DNA of 64,000 nucleotides from an uncultured Acidobacteriota bacterium (GTDB lineage Bacteria; Acidobacteriota; UBA6911; RPQK01; JAPXNP01): NCBI GenBank assembly GCA_963777605.1, contig CAVZRV010000030.1, positions 352,001 to 416,000 of the forward strand, read 5' to 3'. Shown piece by piece: positions 61,775 to 64,000 of this stretch (position 1 is its first letter; each line of letters starts with the position of its first letter). The notes under the pieces were generated by a model. It saw only the letters and a program-made list of their open reading frames with translations, ran no database searches and was not told where the DNA came from. The position numbers and the translations under genes were made by a program.

Positions 61775-62469
61775 CGCCGACGCTCAAGCATGAAAAGGGC
61801 TGGTTTGCCGCCGGCGTGGAAGTGCGAAAACGCCTTGAAGGTCCTCTACCGACGGCGCCTTCAAGCTCTTCATCCATCTGTGTCTGGCGGCGCCTCGCCA
61901 AACCGGGGTCGTCGAGACCAGTCAGAGCGAACTGGCCCGCACCCTTCACAAGGGCAATCTGACCATCCGTAAGTATCTGCAGGAACTGGAAGCGCAAGGG
62001 ATCTGTCGACTGAGCGGCTTCGTGCCGGTCCCCTACTGTCGGGGCCGCATCGAGATCACCGACGATTACTGGCCTTATCAGCGCGGGACCACGCTCCGCC
62101 GACAACCCGTCGGACGGGACGCCTCGGTCGACCAGGTGCGCCAACTGCTTGAAGAGCGCAGCTGTGTGGCGGCTTCCTTCTCCACGGCCGATGAGATCCT
62201 GGCCCGCAAGTGGCTCGACAGGGCATCCCGCTCGAGCGCATCGAACAGGCCATCCTGCTCGGCTGTGCCCGCAAGTACGTCTCGTGGCGCAATCATCACG
62301 ACACGACCCCGATCCGAGTCTGCACTACTTCCAGCGGGTCCTCGATGAGGTCGATCACCTCGAGGTCTCCCCCGACTACTGGTCGTACGTCCGCTCCCGC
62401 ATGCGCCGGATGGAGGAACTCTGGGATCGGAATCGGCAACGAAACGCCTCGCCGGAGCCGGAAACTTGA
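61771..62469 (+). CDS. IS21 passenger: winged-HTH + DnaD-like protein (frameshifted)
   Basis: Reconstructed: GWFAAG...LSDGAFKLF.HLC...SQSELA..L....IR.YL.ELE..G...GIPLE.IE.AILLGC.RK...IRSL.YF..VL.E. Confidence 0.6.
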
Positions 62470-62958
62470 CCCCGCTTCGAGACCGAAAAACCCGGACCGG
62501 CGAACTTGGTTACAAAATTTGACCAAGTTCCGCCGGCCGAAATCCAAAGGAGATGATGTTGATGAACCCTCAAAACCACTTCCTGCTTGCCTCGATGTTG
62601 TCCACCTCAGGCAGCATGAACAAACCCCAGCGTCGCTTCGCTCCGGAGGTGGACAACTTCCCCGGACCGGGTGGACAACATCAGCGGAATACGCACCCAA
62701 GCCCCGGATCACGGTCCATCCTTTCTCACCGGGTGGTTGATCGGGTGGGGAGCCGTGTGTGAGTTGACGCCGCACGGTTCAGAGAGCGGCGGGCGGCAAC
62801 TACAATACCTTCGACATATTGTGGCACTGCCCGGAAAGCGGGAGGAGGACTAAGAATACACACCTCAGCCTGCTACTTTTGGGCGAGCCCGTCTACTCGC
62901 CCACCGACCTAACGTCGCCTTGGTGATCATGACGGCTGTCCTCCAGGCACAACTCAAA

Positions 62959-63724
62959 TTACTTGAAACTATACTCTTTCCAGTAAGGGGGGTATTCAAG
63001 CGATAGTTGCTCGAGAAACTCCCAGGCAGTATCGTTCAGAAACCTGGAGTTCCTGTAGTAATCGTGTCCGATCCCGAAAACGGATCTCATGCTCACCGAA
63101 TAGCCCAGTTTTTGAAGCGATTCCTTCGTCTGTTCTGCTATAAGCGCGGCCGAGTCAAGACTGCCGGTGAGCAAGAGAATGGGAATATGCCGTTCTTGGG
63201 CATCCACCATTAAGTAGCCTTTCCCGAGTCGGAAGCCCTCCGCTTAACACCGTAACCGCAGCGAAGTATCCCGGCTCCAAGAGCCCCAAGACAAGTGCAA
63301 ACGTGCCCCCTCCCGAGTGCCCGAATAAGTACACTCGCCGACCGTCGATCGGCAACGACTCTTTGATTTCTTCAATCAGATCATAGAAGAACGGTGGGCC
63401 GTCAGCAGAGAGTTCCCAACTGCGAGAAGCTGAAGGCTCTGGACTCACCACGACCATGGGTATCTTGTCGGCAATGCCGGTCCACTTTTCAACCATCAGC
63501 TTGGAATGGGCTCGACTACCGGCCAAGGTGACAAGGAGTGGAACTGCTGTGTCTCGACCTTGCACCCCTTCAGGCACGTAGGCGAAGTACGAGCGGGTTG
63601 CTTCATCTGGATCGTCGATTGAGAGTCTTGCCACCTTGCCTTCCGGGAAAGCTTCCCCGGCAAGGAGTGCGCTGCAACTCCAAGAGAAAACACAAATGAA
63701 AGCGAATATCTTCGTTCTGATCAT
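62959..63724 (-). CDS. Secreted alpha/beta hydrolase, PHB-depolymerase-like esterase (frameshift near 63210)
   Basis: Signal peptide; R.Y..YVP; ID.RRVYLFGHSGG; GSLD; GH. Confidence 0.8.
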
Positions 63725-63853
63725 TCTTCTCCCGAGAACCGACACGGTCGCCACTTCACCTGACGGAGGGCCTAGACGAACACCGGGAATCTACCAACTG
63801 CAGCATCCTTTCCAAGACAGGCTCACAGCCGTCAAGTCAGCGCCACCTGAAAG

Positions 63854-64000
63854 TCATACGGTTCCTGCGGGTCCCGTCGTCGGTTCCCCGACGTCCTGCT
63901 GTTGAATGTACCCAGAAGTGACTTCCTCGGCACCTCCAACAGTCGAAACAAAGTACCCTCGGGCCCAGAAACGCGGAACAACTAAATTCCGGGCAATCTG
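63854..64000 (-). pseudogene. IS200/IS605 TnpA C-terminal remnant
   Basis: Manual translation FWARGYFVSTVG......YIQQQ. Confidence 0.75.

Larger units (their letters stand above)
59182..62695 (+). mobile_element. IS21 family element with a third gene (3514 bp)
   Basis: Ends TGCGTATTCC...GGAATACGCA; multiple internal GTTGTCCAC/GTGGACAAC repeats; istA and istB. Confidence 0.92.
28464..64000. mobile_element. tRNA-anchored genomic island (right end not in the window)
   Basis: Integrase next to the tRNA 3' end, IHF-like TTTCAACAGCTTA right after CCA, dense IS elements, toxin and defence genes, lower-GC patches. Confidence 0.8.

Overview
GC-rich bacterial chromosome segment; the gene content suggests Acidobacteriota (inference). 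Positions 1-28.4 kb are core or housekeeping DNA: DUF362, DUF1080, a decayed chemoreceptor, an aminotransferase, ispG, a Gld-like ABC operon, aceE/aceF, an S46 peptidase, an AttH-type ABC locus, icd and lon. A genomic island starts at tRNA-Arg(ACG) (28387-28463) with an adjacent tyrosine integrase and runs past the window end. The most interesting element is a candidate peptide-signalling (quorum-sensing-like) module: a 54-aa signal-peptide-bearing CC-polyPro-C-C peptide, a multi-TM membrane protein, a 140-aa partner and an XRE-HTH regulator. A paired TTCGG-N5-CCGAA operator with fixed spacing to a putative -10 box occurs three times. It lies upstream of the peptide gene itself, of a Sec-exported Rhs toxin-immunity array, and of a subtilase/inhibitor operon that sits beside a second, decayed copy of the module. 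The island also carries an avidin-family gene, IS66, IS6, IS21, IS3 and IS200 elements, defence-gene remnants and an attP-like tRNA-Ala site. Many single-base frameshifts, including in core genes, suggest assembly indel errors. All family assignments come from motif recognition by eye; no searches were run.
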